Source: Christensenellaceae bacterium (GTDB lineage Bacteria > Bacillota > Clostridia > Christensenellales > DTU072). From it: DNA of 58,568 bases. The notes beneath the pieces were generated by a model. That model had not been told where the DNA came from and ran no database searches. It saw only the letters and a program-made list of their open reading frames with translations. Of this stretch, positions 1-10,725 are shown piece by piece (position 1 is the first letter of the stretch; each line of letters opens with the position of its first letter). The stretch covers positions 1-58,568 of the forward strand of contig JAITQU010000114.1 of NCBI GenBank assembly GCA_031288735.1. Direction: 5' to 3'. Both the position numbers and the translations under genes were made by a program.

Positions 1-2
1 GT

Positions 3-356
3 CAAAAAGCAGTAGATGGTATAAAATTAGAGCTTTTAGATCGTTTCGGAAAGATTCCACTAGAAACACAGATGTTATTAAATATAACCAATTTAAGACT
101 TTTAGCTCAAAAAATAGGAATAGAAAGAATTTCTGAAGATATTAAGTATTTATATATATACTTTTTTAAAACTTTAGATTTTTCTAATTTAGATATTACA
201 AGGTTAATAAATGATTATTCAAATAAAATAGAGTTTGTTTCTGGGAAACATTATGCTTTTAAATTAATAAAAGATACATATAACGTAAATATAGTTGAAT
301 ATATAAAAAACTTTTTAGTAGACTTAGAGTCTAATATATTTAGTGCAAAAAAGTAG
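3..356 (+). CDS. mfd: Transcription-repair coupling factor Mfd, C-terminal end (partial; 5' part outside window)
   Basis: The frame is open from the window edge to the stop at 354-356. The translation QKAVDGIKLELLDRFGKIPLETQMLLNITNLRLLAQKIGIERI fits the conserved Mfd C-terminal pattern (ELxDRFGxxP ... LRxxAxKxGI). Confidence 0.8.
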   Translation, partial: QKAVDGIKLELLDRFGKIPLETQMLLNITNLRLLAQKIGIERISEDIKYLYIYFFKTLDFSNLDITRLINDYSNKIEFVSGKHYAFKLIKDTYNVNIVEYIKNFLVDLESNIFSAKK

Positions 357-389
357 TTCTTATTAGTCTTGTATGTAAGAGGAGGAGAA

Positions 390-2999
390 ATGAATATTTC
401 TAAGTTTACTGTTAAGTCGCAAGAAGCTTTAGCAGACGCTCAAAATATAGCTTTAGATTATGCAAATCAAGAGATAACTTCAGAACATTTATTATACGCA
501 TTAGTTAAACAAAAAGATGGTACAGTTGGAGCAATAATTAAAAAAATTGCTGCTACTGGTCAAGAGACGATGTTATTAACAAGCATTTCTAACGAGTTAA
601 TTTCTGAAGTTGAAAAGAAACCTAAAGTTTCAGGCGGTAATGTTTTTTTGTCTTCAGTTTTAAATAAAATTTTAAACAATTCAGAAAAGATTGCTAAAAA
701 TTTAAAAGATGAGTTTGTTTCTACAGAGCATATATTAATTTCAATTTCCGAAGAGACTCAAGAAAAATCTTCTAAAATATTAAAAAAGTACGGTCTTTCA
801 AAAGACTCTATTTTGAAAGCTCTTGTAAGTATTAGAGGTGATCAGCGTGTTACAGACCAGAATCCTGAAGACAAGTATCAGGCATTAGAAAAGTATGGGA
901 AGGATTTAACTGATTTAGCCAAAAAAGGAAAGTTAGACCCGGTTATAGGTAGAGATGAAGAAATACGTAGATGTGTACAAGTTTTGTTAAGGAGGACAAA
1001 AAATAATCCTGCTATAGTTGGAGATCCGGGAGTAGGGAAAACTGCAATAGTTGAAGGTCTTGCGCAAAGAATAATTTCAGGTGATGTCCCAGAAAGTTTG
1101 AAACATAAAAAAATTATTGCTTTAGATTTAGGTTCATTAATAGCAGGAGCCAAATATAGAGGTGAGTTTGAAGATAGACTTAAAGCAGTTTTAAAGGAAA
1201 TTGCTAGTGCAAACGGAGCTGTAATTTTATTTATAGACGAGCTACATACAATAGTGGGCGCAGGTGCTTCTGAAGGTGCAGTTGATGCAGCTAATATGTT
1301 AAAGCCAATGCTTGCTAGAGGAGAACTTCGTCTTGTTGGAGCTACGACTTTAGATGAGTATAGAAAATATATTGAAAAGGATGCTGCTTTAGAAAGGCGT
1401 TTTCAACCTGTTTTTGCAGGAGAGCCGTCTATCGATGATACAATAGCGATTTTAAGAGGAATAAAAGAAAAGTATGAAGTGCATCATGGTGTAAAAATAA
1501 AAGATTCTGCATTGATGTCAGCTGCAACTTTAGGTGCACGATATATAACAGATAGACACTTGCCAGATAAAGCTATAGATTTAATTGATGAGGCTGCTAG
1601 TCGGCTTAGAATAGAAATAGACTCTATGCCAACAGAGCTAGACTCTATTGAACGCAAAATAAGGCAACTGGAGATAGAAAAACAAGCTGTAAAAAAAGAA
1701 ACAGATTCTACATCTAAAGAGCGTTTTTTTAATATTGAAAAAGAGATAGACAAGTTGAGGCAAGAATCTAGTAACATGAAAGTCCATTGGGAAAAAGAGA
1801 AGGACTCTATTTCCAAAATAAGACACTTTAAAGAAAAGATAGAAAACATAAAAATTGAAGAACAAAAAGCTGAAAGGAATGGTGATTTGAACTTAGTTGC
1901 AGAGATTCGTTATGGAAAAATTCCAAATATGCAAAAACAGCTTGAAGAGGAAAACAAGAAACTTCTTGAACTTCAAAAAGAAAAAAAGATGTTAAAGGAA
2001 GAAGTTGATGAAGATGATATTGCTCAAGTTGTAAGTAGGTGGACAGGCGTTCCTGTTAGCCGTATGATGCAAAGCGAAATTCAAAAACTTCTTAAAATGG
2101 AAACTAGTCTTCATAATAGAGTCATAGGTCAAGATGAGGCAATAACTGCTATATCTAATGCTGTAAGACGGTCACGTTCTGGTATTTCTGATCCAAATAA
2201 ACCTATAGGCTCATTTTTGTTTTTGGGTCCTACTGGGGTTGGTAAAACAGAACTTGCAAAGGCTTTAGCGGAACTTTTGTTTGATGATGAAAAAAATATA
2301 GTAAGAATTGATATGTCAGAGTACATGGAAAAACATAGTGTTTCCCGACTCATAGGTGCGCCTCCTGGATATGTTGGTTTTGAAGAAGGTGGCCAACTTA
2401 CAGAAGCTGTAAGAAGAAGACCTTATTGTGTTGTCCTGTTTGATGAAATTGAGAAAGCAAACACGGAAGTTTTTAATATTATGCTTCAACTGTTTGACGA
2501 TGGTAGGCTTACAGATGGCCAAGGTACAACAGTTGATTTTAAAAATACTGTTGTAATTATGACATCAAATATAGGTTCACAATATATTCAGTCCGGTAAA
2601 GATGATAAAGAGATTAAAATTAATATAAATCAACAATTGCGTGCTTTTTTTAGACCAGAATTTTTAAATAGGATTGATGAAATAATAATATTTAAAAACT
2701 TAAATTCTAATGAGCTAAATAAAATTGTAGATATTCAAATTAAAACATTACAAGACCGTCTTTTGTTAAGAAAAATAAATGTAAAGTTATCAGAGAAAGC
2801 AAAAGACTTTTTGTCTTTAAAAGGTTATGACCCTGCTTTTGGTGCAAGGCCTTTAAAAAGAGCAATACAAAATTATTTATTAAACCCTCTTTCCTCAAAA
2901 ATTATTTCAGGAGATTTTAAGGAAGGTGACACTGTAACAGTGGATGTGTTAAAAATAGATAACGAAGCTTTAGAATTTAAGAAAAGCTATGTGAATTAG
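390..2999 (+). CDS. clpB: ATP-dependent chaperone/disaggregase ClpB
   Basis: Two AAA+ modules are present (Walker [14 protein letters not shown] and [12 protein letters not shown]; Walker B ILFIDELH and [10 protein letters not shown]). A long coiled-coil middle region separates them and there is an N-terminal Clp repeat. GGAGGAG sits just upstream of ATG 390; the ORF-track start at 369 is an upstream TTG. Confidence 0.95.
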   Translation: MNISKFTVKSQEALADAQNIALDYANQEITSEHLLYALVKQKDGTVGAIIKKIAATGQETMLLTSISNELISEVEKKPKVSGGNVFLSSVLNKILNNSEKIAKNLKDEFVSTEHILISISEETQEKSSKILKKYGLSKDSILKALVSIRGDQRVTDQNPEDKYQALEKYGKDLTDLAKKGKLDPVIGRDEEIRRCVQVLLRRTKNNPAIVGDPGVGKTAIVEGLAQRIISGDVPESLKHKKIIALDLGSLIAGAKYRGEFEDRLKAVLKEIASANGAVILFIDELHTIVGAGASEGAVDAANMLKPMLARGELRLVGATTLDEYRKYIEKDAALERRFQPVFAGEPSIDDTIAILRGIKEKYEVHHGVKIKDSALMSAATLGARYITDRHLPDKAIDLIDEAASRLRIEIDSMPTELDSIERKIRQLEIEKQAVKKETDSTSKERFFNIEKEIDKLRQESSNMKVHWEKEKDSISKIRHFKEKIENIKIEEQKAERNGDLNLVAEIRYGKIPNMQKQLEEENKKLLELQKEKKMLKEEVDEDDIAQVVSRWTGVPVSRMMQSEIQKLLKMETSLHNRVIGQDEAITAISNAVRRSRSGISDPNKPIGSFLFLGPTGVGKTELAKALAELLFDDEKNIVRIDMSEYMEKHSVSRLIGAPPGYVGFEEGGQLTEAVRRRPYCVVLFDEIEKANTEVFNIMLQLFDDGRLTDGQGTTVDFKNTVVIMTSNIGSQYIQSGKDDKEIKININQQLRAFFRPEFLNRIDEIIIFKNLNSNELNKIVDIQIKTLQDRLLLRKINVKLSEKAKDFLSLKGYDPAFGARPLKRAIQNYLLNPLSSKIISGDFKEGDTVTVDVLKIDNEALEFKKSYVN

Positions 3000-3011
3000 T
3001 TAAAAAAAATT

Positions 3012-3389
3012 GATTTAAATAGTTTGGTTGGCCTAGTTTAGACTCTTATCTACGTTACTAGAGCAATCGCAAGTAAACATTTAAACAAATTAGCAAACTT
3101 GCAAAATGATAAGGTAAGAAAGGCATAAATGAATTTTGCTTCAAACACTGAATGGGCCCTCTCTAAAAACCTTAGTGCATATCCTTACTATGCCTTTTTC
3201 TACACTGCTGCGCTAAAAAACTTGTGTTTGGGGTACGATAAACCCTGCGTTTTTTGCCTTGCATTGTCAAAAAAATCACAGTAATTATAGGCATTTGTGT
3301 TTTTTAGAGAGACCCCTTTTGAAATATTAAATGTTTATTGCTCATAAGCTGCTCTTTGAGATAACGCAGGTAAGGTTCTAAATTAAATC
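3012..3389. repeat. Long imperfect inverted repeat / extended hairpin in the clpB-ackA intergenic region (possible structured RNA or inverted repeat-element pair)
   Basis: Four coaxially nested perfect helices were read directly. They are 3074-3082 taaacattt with 3329-3337 aaatgttta, 3159-3169 ctctctaaaaa with 3301-3311 tttttagagag, 3190-3195 atgcct with 3289-3294 aggcat, and 3215-3221 aaaaaac with 3249-3255 gtttttt. The apex is ggg...ccc at 3231-3245. The outer arms (3012-3070 vs 3340-3389) are also similar, with indels. Confidence 0.5.
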
Positions 3390-3415
3390 AATATCTGCTG
3401 CATTTTGTTTGATGT

Positions 3416-3486
3416 TGATATAATGTTGACTAAGTACGCAATTTTATAGACGGTATAATTTGACAAGATGTCTAAAATACTATAAA
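3416..3486 (+). promoter_or_regulatory. Candidate sigma70-type promoters upstream of ackA
   Basis: An extended -10 TGaTATAAT lies at 3416-3424. A second candidate is TTGACA at 3460-3465 followed after 15 nt by TATAAA at 3481-3486. Both lie upstream of the ackA ATG at 3545. Sequence pattern only. Confidence 0.3.
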
Positions 3487-3544
3487 ATTAATATCAAAGT
3501 AAGTTGTTTTTTTGTAATTTAAACAAACTTGGAGTTTTATAAAT

Positions 3545-4753
3545 ATGAAAATATTAGTAGTTAATTGTGGCTCTTCATCTGTTAAGTATACTCTGTTTGA
3601 AATACACAATGAAAAAAAGCTTGCTTGGGGTATTGTTGAATGCATAGGTTCTCCCAAAGCTTTTTATACAAAGCAGTCACAAAAAGTAAAAAAACAAAAA
3701 GAAGTTGTAAAAGTTTTAAATCACACTGAAGCTGTAAAGCTTATAATAAAAGAGCTTTTAAATAAAAAGAGTGGGATGATTTCAGATATTAATGAAATTG
3801 CTGCTGTTGGACATAGAATAGTTCATGGTGGAGATAAGTTTCATGAGTCAGTTTTGGTTACAGAAGAAGTAAAGAAAGATTTAAAAGATTGTTTTTTGTT
3901 AGCGCCACTTCATATGCCTGCTCATTATGCTGGTATAGAAGCTGTTGAAAAAATGCTTCCCGGAGTTCCTTCAGTTTTAGTTTTTGATACAGCTTTTCAC
4001 CAAACCATGCACAATTATGCTTATATGTACGCATTACCTTATGAATTTTTTGAAAAGGACCATATAAGAAGATACGGTTTTCATGGTACTTCTCATGATT
4101 ACGTTTCTCAAAGAGCTGCAGAAATGTTGGGCAGGCCGTTAAGTAAAATTAAGTTGATAACAGCTCATTTGGGAAATGGTAGTAGTATTACTGCTATTGA
4201 GAACGCTAAAGTTGTTGATACTTCTATGGGGTTTACTCCTTTAGAAGGTGTTATGATGGGGACTAGGTGCGGAAATATTGACCCTGCGATAGTCCCTTAT
4301 ATTCTAGATAAGTATCCACAATATAAAGAAGGAGATGCTCTAAATAAGCTTATGAATAAAAAAAGCGGGTTGATTGGTATTTCTGGCGTTTCTGCTGATA
4401 TGAGAGATATTTTGATAGCAAGTGCAAATGGTAACAAAAGAGCTTCTTTAGCTTTTGAAATGCTTTGTTATAGTGTAAAAAAATATATATGTGCTTATTT
4501 TGGAATTTTAAATGGTGTAGATGCTCTAGTTTTTACTGCAGGTATTGGAGAACATTCTTTTCATGTAAGAGAGAATGTTTGTAAAAATTTAAGTGCATTA
4601 GGTGTAGAAATAGATTTAGAAGAAAACGCTAAATCTTCTGATAAAGAAAGAGTTATTTCTACAAAATCTTCAAAAGTTAAGATTATGGTTATACCTACTA
4701 ATGAAGAGTTGATGATTGCTAAGGAGTCTAAAGCGGTGTTGACAAATATATAA
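3545..4753 (+). CDS. ackA: Acetate kinase
   Basis: The N-terminus [15 protein letters not shown], the internal RYGFHGTSH and the C-terminal [10 protein letters not shown] are classic acetate kinase motifs. Length is 402 aa. Confidence 0.95.
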   Translation: MKILVVNCGSSSVKYTLFEIHNEKKLAWGIVECIGSPKAFYTKQSQKVKKQKEVVKVLNHTEAVKLIIKELLNKKSGMISDINEIAAVGHRIVHGGDKFHESVLVTEEVKKDLKDCFLLAPLHMPAHYAGIEAVEKMLPGVPSVLVFDTAFHQTMHNYAYMYALPYEFFEKDHIRRYGFHGTSHDYVSQRAAEMLGRPLSKIKLITAHLGNGSSITAIENAKVVDTSMGFTPLEGVMMGTRCGNIDPAIVPYILDKYPQYKEGDALNKLMNKKSGLIGISGVSADMRDILIASANGNKRASLAFEMLCYSVKKYICAYFGILNGVDALVFTAGIGEHSFHVRENVCKNLSALGVEIDLEENAKSSDKERVISTKSSKVKIMVIPTNEELMIAKESKAVLTNI

Positions 4754-4781
4754 TTAACATCTTATAATCTAAAGGATTGTT

Positions 4782-5243
4782 ATGAAAGAATTGATTATAC
4801 ATTTGTCTGACTTTTTAAAAAAAGACACAATAGAGATAAAGGAATGTAAATATACAAATGATATTGGTTATCAAATAAATATAAGTGTATCTTTTGTAGC
4901 TGTTAAAGTTTCTGACTCTAAAATATATATAAAAGGCAAACTAGTAGGTTTTATTGAACAACAATGCTCTCTTTGCCTTCAACCCTACAGTCATCCTTTG
5001 GAAATTCCTATTAACGTAGATATGGATGTTAAAGAAGGTTGTGTTGATGTTAATGAGGAAGTTAGACAGTTAATACTTCTTGAAATGCCATCAAAACCTA
5101 TCTGTAGTAGTGATTGTTTAGGTATATGTAAAATTTGTGGAAGACGTAATAAAAAAGGCGATTCTTGTTTTTGTGTTGATGAGTACGACAACTGTATTAA
5201 AGAAAGATGGAAAGAATTGTTAAATAAATATCGGAGGAAGTAA
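4782..5243 (+). CDS. yceD: DUF177 / YceD-family protein (large ribosomal subunit accumulation protein)
   Basis: The protein is 153 aa with a Cys-rich C-terminus (CSSDCLGICKICG...CFC). It sits immediately upstream of rpmF-plsX, the conserved position for this family. Confidence 0.8.
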   Translation: MKELIIHLSDFLKKDTIEIKECKYTNDIGYQINISVSFVAVKVSDSKIYIKGKLVGFIEQQCSLCLQPYSHPLEIPINVDMDVKEGCVDVNEEVRQLILLEMPSKPICSSDCLGICKICGRRNKKGDSCFCVDEYDNCIKERWKELLNKYRRK

Positions 5244-5245
5244 AG

Positions 5246-5467
5246 ATGCCAAATCCCAAAAGGAAACATACCCCACATCGTAGGGATTGTAGAAGATCAG
5301 CAAATTCAAAACTAGATGCTCCAAATGTTGGCAAATGTTCAAACTGTGGTGCATCAAAAATGCCTCATAAAGTGTGTCCTGAATGTGGTTTTTATAATGG
5401 AGTTTTAATTGTGCCTAAAAAAGTTAAAAAGGCTGAAAATACTCAAGAAGAGGCTCAAGCAAAATGA
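5246..5467 (+). CDS. rpmF: 50S ribosomal protein L32
   Basis: The start MPNPKRKHTPHRRDCRR and a CxxC...CxxC zinc ribbon (CSNCG ... CPECG) match L32. The gene lies upstream of plsX. Confidence 0.95.
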   Translation: MPNPKRKHTPHRRDCRRSANSKLDAPNVGKCSNCGASKMPHKVCPECGFYNGVLIVPKKVKKAENTQEEAQAK

Positions 5468-6486
5468 TAATTGCACTGGATGCAATGGGTGGAGATTTTG
5501 CGCCGGTATCGACTATTGAAGGCGCAATTTTAGCTACAAAACAGTCCAATCATAAGATTTTGCTTGTAGGTAAAGAAAAATCTATTCTTGATGAGATGTC
5601 TAAGTACAGTAAAAAATATAATTTAAAGGCTCTTAATATTGAAATAATTAATGCTGATGAAGTTATCGCTATGGACGAGCATCCTGTAAAGGCTGTTCGT
5701 CACAAGCGAAATTCATCTTTATCTATTTGTGCAAGTCTTGTTGCAGATGGTAAAGCAGATGCATTTGTCTCTATGGGTAATTCCGGAGCAATTATGGCAG
5801 CTGCTCTTTTTTATTTAAAAAGAATAGAAGGTGTTTTAAGACCTGCTATATCTACATTTTTCCCTGCTATAGAGGGTAGTTGTATAATTGCGGATATGGG
5901 AGCTAACGTGGATTGTAAGCCAGAACATTTACTGCAGTTTGCAATAATGACTAGTTTGTTTTGTGAGAAAGTTGCTGGGATAAAAAGACCAAGAGTAGGG
6001 TTAGTTTCGGTTGGTGAAGAACCTACAAAAGGTAATGCACTTTCTTTGGCTGCTTTTGAGCTTTTAAAAAAAGCTGATATAAATTTTATAGGCAATATAG
6101 AAGGTAGAGATATTCCAAGGGCTAAAGCAGATGTGGTTATATGTGACGGTTTTGTCGGAAACGTTATTTTAAAATTTGGGGAAGGTCTTTCTGAAATGAT
6201 TTTAAAGCTAGTTAAAAAAGCTTTGAAAAAGCACCCTCTTGCGTGGGCATCTTTACCATTTTTGTGGCTTGCTATAAAAGATTTAAGAAAAAATGTTGAT
6301 TATACTGAAGTTGGCGGGGCTCCACTTTTAGGTGTAAATGGGATCAGCATAGTGGGGCATGGTAGTTCTAATGCTAAAGCTGTAAAAAATGCAATTTTTG
6401 CGGGTGTAAGAGCTGCAAAGCATAATCTTGTTTATGAAATAAAAGAAGCTATAGCAAAATACAATAAGGTTATAAATAATGAATAA
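5464..6486 (+). CDS. plsX: Phosphate acyltransferase PlsX
   Basis: The N-terminus MIIALDAMGGDFAP and the CDGFVGNV motif match PlsX. The start overlaps the rpmF stop (ATGA). Synteny with the fab genes supports the call. Confidence 0.95.
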   Translation: MIIALDAMGGDFAPVSTIEGAILATKQSNHKILLVGKEKSILDEMSKYSKKYNLKALNIEIINADEVIAMDEHPVKAVRHKRNSSLSICASLVADGKADAFVSMGNSGAIMAAALFYLKRIEGVLRPAISTFFPAIEGSCIIADMGANVDCKPEHLLQFAIMTSLFCEKVAGIKRPRVGLVSVGEEPTKGNALSLAAFELLKKADINFIGNIEGRDIPRAKADVVICDGFVGNVILKFGEGLSEMILKLVKKALKKHPLAWASLPFLWLAIKDLRKNVDYTEVGGAPLLGVNGISIVGHGSSNAKAVKNAIFAGVRAAKHNLVYEIKEAIAKYNKVINNE

Positions 6487-7468
6487 AAAAATTGGTGTCA
6501 AAATTTTAGGTACAGGTTCATATTTCCCAAATAAAGTTCTTACTAATGCTGATCTAGAAAAAATTGTTGAAACTTCTGACGAGTGGATAAGTACAAGGAC
6601 TGGAATAAAAGAAAGAAGAATAGCTGCTAATGGTGAGTACACATCAGATCTTGCATATAGAGCTTCTTTAGAAGCTATTAAAGCTGCAAATATAAAACTT
6701 AAAGAAATAGATTTAGTTTTAGTAGCTACAATTACACCAGATATGTTTTTTCCTTCTACAGCTTGTTTGCTACAAAAGAAATTAGGGTTAGGTTCAGTTC
6801 CAGCTTTTGATTTGTCTGCAGCTTGCAGTGGATTTGTTTATGGAATTGCTACTGCAAGAGCATTTATAGAATCTGGACTTTATAAAAATATTTTATTGGT
6901 TGGTGCAGAAGAACTTTCTAAAATTACAGATTGGGCAGATAGAAATACTTGTATTCTATTTGGAGATGGTGCAGGTGCTATGATTTTGTCTGCTTCGCAG
7001 CAAAATGACGATATTTTATCTGTTTTTTTAGGGGCAGATGGTTCTTATGCTAACTTGCTTTTTATGCCTGGTGGTGGAAGCGTCAATCCAGCTACTGCTA
7101 AAACTGTAGATGAAAATTTACACTCAATAAAAATGCAAGGGAAAGAAGTTTTTAAGGCAGCCATACCTAAAATGGTATTTGCAGCTCAAAAAGCTTTAGA
7201 ACTTTCAGAAAAAAGATTGGAAGATATAAAACTTTTTATTCCTCATCAAGCAAATATGAGAATAATTGAGGCTGTTGCAAAAAAGATGGGTATTCCTATG
7301 GAGAGGGTTTTTGTTAACATACATAAAACTGGAAACATTTCATCTGCAACTACAATTACAGCACTAGATGAAGCTATAAAAACAGGCAAGCTAAATAAAG
7401 GGGACTTAGTTGAGCTTGTTGCTTTTGGTGGTGGGTTTACGTGGGGAGCTGTAGTATTAAAAGTTTAA
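6479..7468 (+). CDS. fabH: 3-oxoacyl-ACP synthase III
   Basis: The Cys-His-Asn triad contexts AACSGFVYG, IPHQANMRI and GNISSAT are all present. Length is 329 aa. Confidence 0.95.
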   Translation: MNKKIGVKILGTGSYFPNKVLTNADLEKIVETSDEWISTRTGIKERRIAANGEYTSDLAYRASLEAIKAANIKLKEIDLVLVATITPDMFFPSTACLLQKKLGLGSVPAFDLSAACSGFVYGIATARAFIESGLYKNILLVGAEELSKITDWADRNTCILFGDGAGAMILSASQQNDDILSVFLGADGSYANLLFMPGGGSVNPATAKTVDENLHSIKMQGKEVFKAAIPKMVFAAQKALELSEKRLEDIKLFIPHQANMRIIEAVAKKMGIPMERVFVNIHKTGNISSATTITALDEAIKTGKLNKGDLVELVAFGGGFTWGAVVLKV

Positions 7469-7485
7469 ATATAGTAGAGGGTAAA

Positions 7486-8415
7486 ATGTCAAAAATAGCG
7501 TTGATGTTTCCAGGCCAGGGCTCACAAACAGTTGGTATGGGTAAAGATCTTTATGAGAAATATTCTAAAGCAAAAGAAATTATAGATTTGGCAGGAAATG
7601 ACATAAAAGATATTATTTTTAATGGTCCTGAAAGTACGCTAAAACTTACCCAATATGCTCAACCTGCAATATTTACTGTTTCTATGGCTATTTTTGAAGT
7701 TTTTAAAGCTAACTATAATTTTACAAATTCAGAATTTGTTGCAGCAGGGCATTCACTTGGTGAATATTGTGCATTATGCGCAGCAGGGTTTTTTAGTTTT
7801 AAAGATGGTTTGGAAATGGTAAAAGCTAGAGGTAAGTTTATTCAAGAAGCTTCTTGCAAAAATCCTGGCACAATAGCTGCAATTTTAGGTATAGAGAAAA
7901 AGCAAGTTTTAGATATTTGCATCAAAGCCTCTTCTTATGGTGTTTGCCAAGCAGTTAATTTTAATTCTCCAGAGCAGATAGTTATAGCAGGTGTTTCTGC
8001 TGCGGTAAATAAAGCTATGGAGTTTGCAAATGAGGCTGGTGCAAAGGCTATTATATTAAATGTTTCTGGACCTTTTCATTCTTCTCTTATGAACTCTGCT
8101 TCAGATGCAATGTCAAAGGAATTAGAAAAGTATAATTTTAATAATCCTTTTTTTGGAGTGTATACAAATTGTGACGCGCAGCTTACTAAAGATGTGTCTC
8201 AAATAAAAGAGAAGCTTGTTGCTCAAATAAAAAGTCCGGTAAAGTGGGATGAAAGCGTACAAAATATGATTTTGTTAGGTTATGAAAAGTTTATAGAAAT
8301 TGGCCCTGGAAAAGTTTTGTCTGGGTTGTTAAGAAGGATTGACAAAACAAAAAAAGCTTTAAATATTCAAGACAGTATAAGTTTGCAAAAAGCATTGGAG
8401 GAATTAAGTAAATGA
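7486..8415 (+). CDS. fabD: Malonyl-CoA:ACP transacylase
   Basis: FPGQGSQ, the active site GHSLGEY and SGPFHS are present. ATG 7486 follows an AGAGGG RBS; the ORF-track start at 7441 overlaps fabH. Confidence 0.95.
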   Translation: MSKIALMFPGQGSQTVGMGKDLYEKYSKAKEIIDLAGNDIKDIIFNGPESTLKLTQYAQPAIFTVSMAIFEVFKANYNFTNSEFVAAGHSLGEYCALCAAGFFSFKDGLEMVKARGKFIQEASCKNPGTIAAILGIEKKQVLDICIKASSYGVCQAVNFNSPEQIVIAGVSAAVNKAMEFANEAGAKAIILNVSGPFHSSLMNSASDAMSKELEKYNFNNPFFGVYTNCDAQLTKDVSQIKEKLVAQIKSPVKWDESVQNMILLGYEKFIEIGPGKVLSGLLRRIDKTKKALNIQDSISLQKALEELSK

Positions 8416-9155
8416 GACTTCAAGGAAAAGTAGCTGTTATTACAGGCTCTGCTGGCGGTATAGGTAAGTCAATAGCTGAAACTTTTGCATCAGAAGGTGC
8501 TAATATTGTGATATCAGATATTAATGCAGAGGCTGCTTTAAAAACAGCAGAAGAAATAAAAACAAAATATAATGTTGAAACTATGTCTGCTGTATGTGAT
8601 GTTGCAAAGTTAGAAGAATGCGAAACTTTAATAAAAGCTGCTCTTGACAAATTCTCCAAAATAGATATACTAACCAACAATGCAGGAATAACAAAGGATA
8701 ATCTTGTTTTGACAATGACAGAAGCACAATGGGATGCTGTTATTGCTGTTAATTTAAAAGGTGTATTTAATTGTATAAAAGCTGTAAGTAAATCTATGCT
8801 TAAAGCAAGACAGGGCAGAATAATAAATATAGCTTCTGTAGCTGGACAGATGGGGAATGCTGGACAGATAAATTATTCTGCAACTAAAGGTGGCGTTATT
8901 GCTATGACAAAGACGTGCGCAAGAGAATTCGCGTCAAGAAATATTTTGGTAAATGCTATTGCTCCAGGGTTTATACGTACAGCTATGACAGATAAGCTTA
9001 CAGAAGAGAAGAAAAAGGTTATCTCTAGCACTATACCTTTAGCAAGACTTGGAGAAGTTTCTGATATAGCAAAAGCAGCGTTATTTTTTGCAAGTGACGA
9101 TTCGTCTTATATAACAGGGCATGTTTTAGCGGTAAATGGTGGGATGTATATGTAA
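8412..9155 (+). CDS. fabG: 3-oxoacyl-ACP reductase
   Basis: This is an SDR with the Rossmann motif TGSAGGIGKS, NNAG and the catalytic YSATKGG (YxxxK). Confidence 0.95.
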   Translation: MRLQGKVAVITGSAGGIGKSIAETFASEGANIVISDINAEAALKTAEEIKTKYNVETMSAVCDVAKLEECETLIKAALDKFSKIDILTNNAGITKDNLVLTMTEAQWDAVIAVNLKGVFNCIKAVSKSMLKARQGRIINIASVAGQMGNAGQINYSATKGGVIAMTKTCAREFASRNILVNAIAPGFIRTAMTDKLTEEKKKVISSTIPLARLGEVSDIAKAALFFASDDSSYITGHVLAVNGGMYM

Positions 9156-9233
9156 AATAATTATTACCTTAGATGTAATATAAAAAGTTGCCAATATGTA
9201 CAAAAATTGCAAAAAATAAAGGGGGACGTGAAA

Positions 9234-9473
9234 ATGGCAGATTTTGAGGCTAGAGTAAAAGAGATTATTGTTGAACAGTTGGGCGTAGACCCTGCTGAAG
9301 TTGTAGCAGGCGCATCGTTTGTAAATGATTTAGGGGCAGATTCTTTAGATACCGTAGAGCTTGTTATGGCTTTTGAAGTAGAATTTGGTATTGAAATTTC
9401 AGATGAAGATGCAGAAAGAATACAGACTGTAGGAAATGCTATAGATTATATTAAGGCACATGTTACAAAATAA
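9234..9473 (+). CDS. acpP: Acyl carrier protein
   Basis: The [12 protein letters not shown] phosphopantetheine-site motif is present. A GGGGGA RBS precedes ATG 9234; the ORF-track start at 9207 is upstream. Confidence 0.95.
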   Translation: MADFEARVKEIIVEQLGVDPAEVVAGASFVNDLGADSLDTVELVMAFEVEFGIEISDEDAERIQTVGNAIDYIKAHVTK

Positions 9474-9483
9474 GGCATAAATA

Positions 9484-10725
9484 ATGAATAAGAGAATAGT
9501 TATAACCGGCATAGGAGTCGTTACACCTATAGGTATAGGTATGCTTGAGTTTGCTAAAGCTTTAAAAGAAGGGAAATCTGGAGCTATTCTAATAGATTTT
9601 TTTGACACAAGTCCCTATTCTACAAAATTTGCTGGAATTGTTAAAAACTTTAATCCAGAAGAATTTATAGACAAAAAAAATATAAAGAAAATGGCAAAGT
9701 TTACACAGTTTGGCTTTGCAGCTGCAAAGATGGCTATAGAAGATTCTGGTTTAGATTTATCTAAAGAAGATTTGTCAAGAATTGGTGTTATAACAGGGAC
9801 TGGTATAGGTGGTTTGGATGTAATTGAAAAAGAAGAGCAGACTTTACTTGCAAAAGGACCTAGACGAGTAAGCCCTTTTCTAATCCCTATGATAATTACA
9901 AACATGCTACCTGGAGAAATAGCTATTAAATATGGTTTTACTGGGCCAAACTATGCAGTTACAAGTGCTTGTGCTTCATCTAACCACGCTTTAGGTGATG
10001 CGCTAAGGTTGATGAGAAGTTCAGATGCAGATGTAATAATTGCTGGTGGTTCCGAAAGTGCTATTACTCCACTAGGTCTTGCAGGCTTTTGTTCTATGAA
10101 AGCTCTTTCCCAAAGAAATGATGCCCCACTTAAAGCGTCTAGACCTTTTGATAAAGATAGAGATGGTTTTGTTATAGGAGAAGGCGCTGGTGTTGTTGTT
10201 CTTGAAACTTTGGAACACGCATTAAGTAGGGGAGCAAAAATATACGCTGAACTTGCAGGTTACGGTGCGTCTAATGATGCTTATCATATAACAGCTCCAG
10301 ATCCTGAAGCTAAAGGTGCTGTTATGGCTATAGAAAAAGCTATTTGTGATGCAGGCATTTCTAAAGAAGATGTTGACTACATAAATGCGCATGGCACATC
10401 TACAGCTATGAACGATAGAATTGAAACTCTTGCACTAAAGAAAGTTTTTGGAAATAGAGCTTACAGCATACCTGTTTCTTCTACAAAATCTATGATAGGC
10501 CACCTTTTAGGAGGTGCAGCTGGAGTTGAGCTTTCTGCTACTGTTTTAGGTATGCAAGAAGGTTTTATACATCCAACTATCAACTACCAAACTCCTGATC
10601 CTGATTGCGATTTGGATTATGTGCCAAATGTGGCAAGAAAACAAGCTATAACTTGCGCAATTTCAAATTCTTTAGGATTTGGTGGTCATAATGCTGCAAT
10701 AGTAGTAAAGAAATATGATAAGTAA
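9484..10725 (+). CDS. fabF: 3-oxoacyl-ACP synthase II
   Basis: The active-site contexts TSACASS, NAHGTST and GHLLGGAAG are present. Length is 413 aa. Confidence 0.95.
   Translation: MNKRIVITGIGVVTPIGIGMLEFAKALKEGKSGAILIDFFDTSPYSTKFAGIVKNFNPEEFIDKKNIKKMAKFTQFGFAAAKMAIEDSGLDLSKEDLSRIGVITGTGIGGLDVIEKEEQTLLAKGPRRVSPFLIPMIITNMLPGEIAIKYGFTGPNYAVTSACASSNHALGDALRLMRSSDADVIIAGGSESAITPLGLAGFCSMKALSQRNDAPLKASRPFDKDRDGFVIGEGAGVVVLETLEHALSRGAKIYAELAGYGASNDAYHITAPDPEAKGAVMAIEKAICDAGISKEDVDYINAHGTSTAMNDRIETLALKKVFGNRAYSIPVSSTKSMIGHLLGGAAGVELSATVLGMQEGFIHPTINYQTPDPDCDLDYVPNVARKQAITCAISNSLGFGGHNAAIVVKKYDK

Noticed and set aside
878-2522. Minus-strand ORFs of 68-121 aa inside clpB (878-1153, 1484-1849, 1638-1865, 2129-2353, 2316-2522)
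   Set aside because: They are antisense to a strongly supported conserved gene. Their translations are low-complexity and they have no RBS or recognisable motifs. The same reasoning applies to the antisense and alternate-frame ORFs inside the other conserved backbone genes (plsX, fabG, fabF, bcd, etfB, etfA and adhE) and inside all the island biosynthetic genes and the ABC exporter.
3020-3032. 12-mer tagtttggttgg shared between the clpB-ackA hairpin region and the right IS481-like copy (about 54754-54766)
   Set aside because: A single 12-nt match is expected by chance many times in a 58-kb AT-biased window, and no extended similarity surrounds it.
3000-3544. tmRNA, RNase P RNA, SRP RNA or a riboswitch in the long clpB-ackA spacer
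   Set aside because: I could not find the conserved cores: no GGGG...CCACCA ends or ALAA-type tag frame, no GAGGAAAGUCC, and no SRP GGAA/AGCA motif. Only the generic long hairpin is reported.
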